This document shows positions 62,910-64,000 of a stretch of 64,000 nt of DNA, one piece after another. The notes beneath the pieces are model-generated. The model did no database searches and was not told where the DNA came from. It saw only the letters and a program-made list of their open reading frames with translations. The DNA comes from Mobula hypostoma (lineage: Eukaryota): assembly GCF_963921235.1 (NCBI RefSeq), contig NC_086101.1, positions 8,496,001 through 8,560,000 on the forward strand, given 5' to 3'. The position numbers and the translations under genes were made by a program. Positions within the stretch are counted from its first letter, which is position 1; each line of letters begins with the position of its first letter.

Positions 62910-63942
62910 TTGTCAGAATCAGAATCAGGTTTATTATCACTGGCGTGTGACGTGAAATTTGTTAACTTAGCAGCAGCAGTTCAATGCAACACCTAATCTA
63001 GCAAAGAGAAAAATTAATGAATATAATAAGTAAATAAACAAGTAAATCAATTATACATATTGAGTAGATTTTAAACAATGTGCAAAAACAGAAATGCTGT
63101 ATATTTTTTTCTTAAAGTTGAGGTAGTATCCGAAGATTCAATGTCCATTTAGGAATCGGATGGCAGAGGGGAAGAAACTGTTCCTGAATCACTGAGTGTG
63201 TGCCTTCAGGCTTCTGTATCACCTACCTGGTGGTAACAGTGAGAAAAGTGCATGCCCTGGGTGCTGGAGGTCCTTAATAATGGACACTGCCTTTCTCAGA
63301 CACCGCTCCCTAAAGGTGTCCTGGGTACTTTGTGGGCTAGTACCCAAGATGGAGCTGACTAGATTTACAACCTTCTGCAGCTTCTTTCGGTCCTGTGCAG
63401 TAGCTCCTCCATACCAGACAGTGATGCAGCCTGTCAGAATGCTCTCCACAGTACAACTATAGAAGTTTTTGAGTGTATTTGTTGACATGCCAAATCTCTT
63501 CAACCTCCTAATAAAGTTTAGCTGCTGTCTTGCCTTCTTTATAACCACATCAATATGTTGGGACCAGCTTAGATCCTCAGAGATCTTGACACCCAGGAAC
63601 TTAAAGCTGCTCACTCTCTCCATTTCTGATCCCTCTACGAGGATTGGTATGTGTTTCTTCGTCTTACCCTTCCTGAAGTCCACAATCAGCTCTTTCATCT
63701 TACCGACGTTGAGTGCCAGGTTGTTGCTGTGGCACCACTCCACTAGCTGGCATATCTCACTCCTGTACGCCCTCTCGTCACCACCTGAGATTCTACCAAC
63801 AATAGATGTATTGTCAGCAAGTTTATAGATGGTATTTGAGCTATGCCTAGCCACACAGTCATGTGTATATAGTGAGTAGAGCAGTGAGCTAAGCACACAC
63901 CCCTGAGGTGCGCCAGTGTTGATCGTCAGTGAGGAGGAGATA
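62910..63942 (-). mobile_element. Rex1/Babar-type LINE, 5'-truncated RT and 3' UTR
   Basis: ORF 63219..63986: NTGAPQGCVLSSLLYSLYTHDC...YKLADNTSIVGRI...FKFLGVKISEDLSW, with an (attctg)n-like tail near 62915-62928. Confidence 0.92.
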
Positions 63943-64000
63943 TTAGAACATAAGAAATAGGAGCAGGAGAAGGCCATCCAGCCCATCGAGCCTACCCTGC

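Noticed and set aside
1..64000. CRISPR arrays, prokaryotic operons, rRNA or bona fide tRNA genes
   Set aside because: This is vertebrate intron-rich DNA. The tRNA-like B-boxes belong to V-SINE heads, and no regularly spaced repeat-spacer structure was seen.

Overview
Vertebrate nuclear DNA, very repeat-dense. The CR1, Rex1/Babar-type, Penelope-like, V-SINE and hAT-Charlie repeat mix suggests a cartilaginous fish, probably a ray; this is inference from repeat content only. Two spliced protein-coding genes, mostly invisible in the ORF track, can be assembled by hand from GT-AG exons with consistent phases. They lie head-to-head about 19 kb apart. (1) On the minus strand is a DPPA2/DPPA4-like gene: SAP domain exons 17607-17720 and 13150-13206, linker exon 2846-2951, and Dppa2/4 conserved region (DCR) exon 1689-1878 with WCVVHG...LEDNKICQEC. 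Its last exon was not found and probably lies left of the window. (2) On the plus strand is a complete 4-exon, 223-aa type II TNF-superfamily ligand (36715-36831, 49113-49155, 55596-55673, 59919-60352) of the TNF/lymphotoxin/TL1A/LIGHT group. Also present are a diverged duplicated non-coding block with NF-kB-like motifs between the genes, Penelope-like elements carrying minimal hammerhead-ribozyme motifs, a hAT element with an 8-bp TSD, a solo LTR with a 4-bp TSD just downstream of the TNF gene, and many decayed LINE fragments. Most ORFs in the supplied track are transposon debris or chance ORFs.
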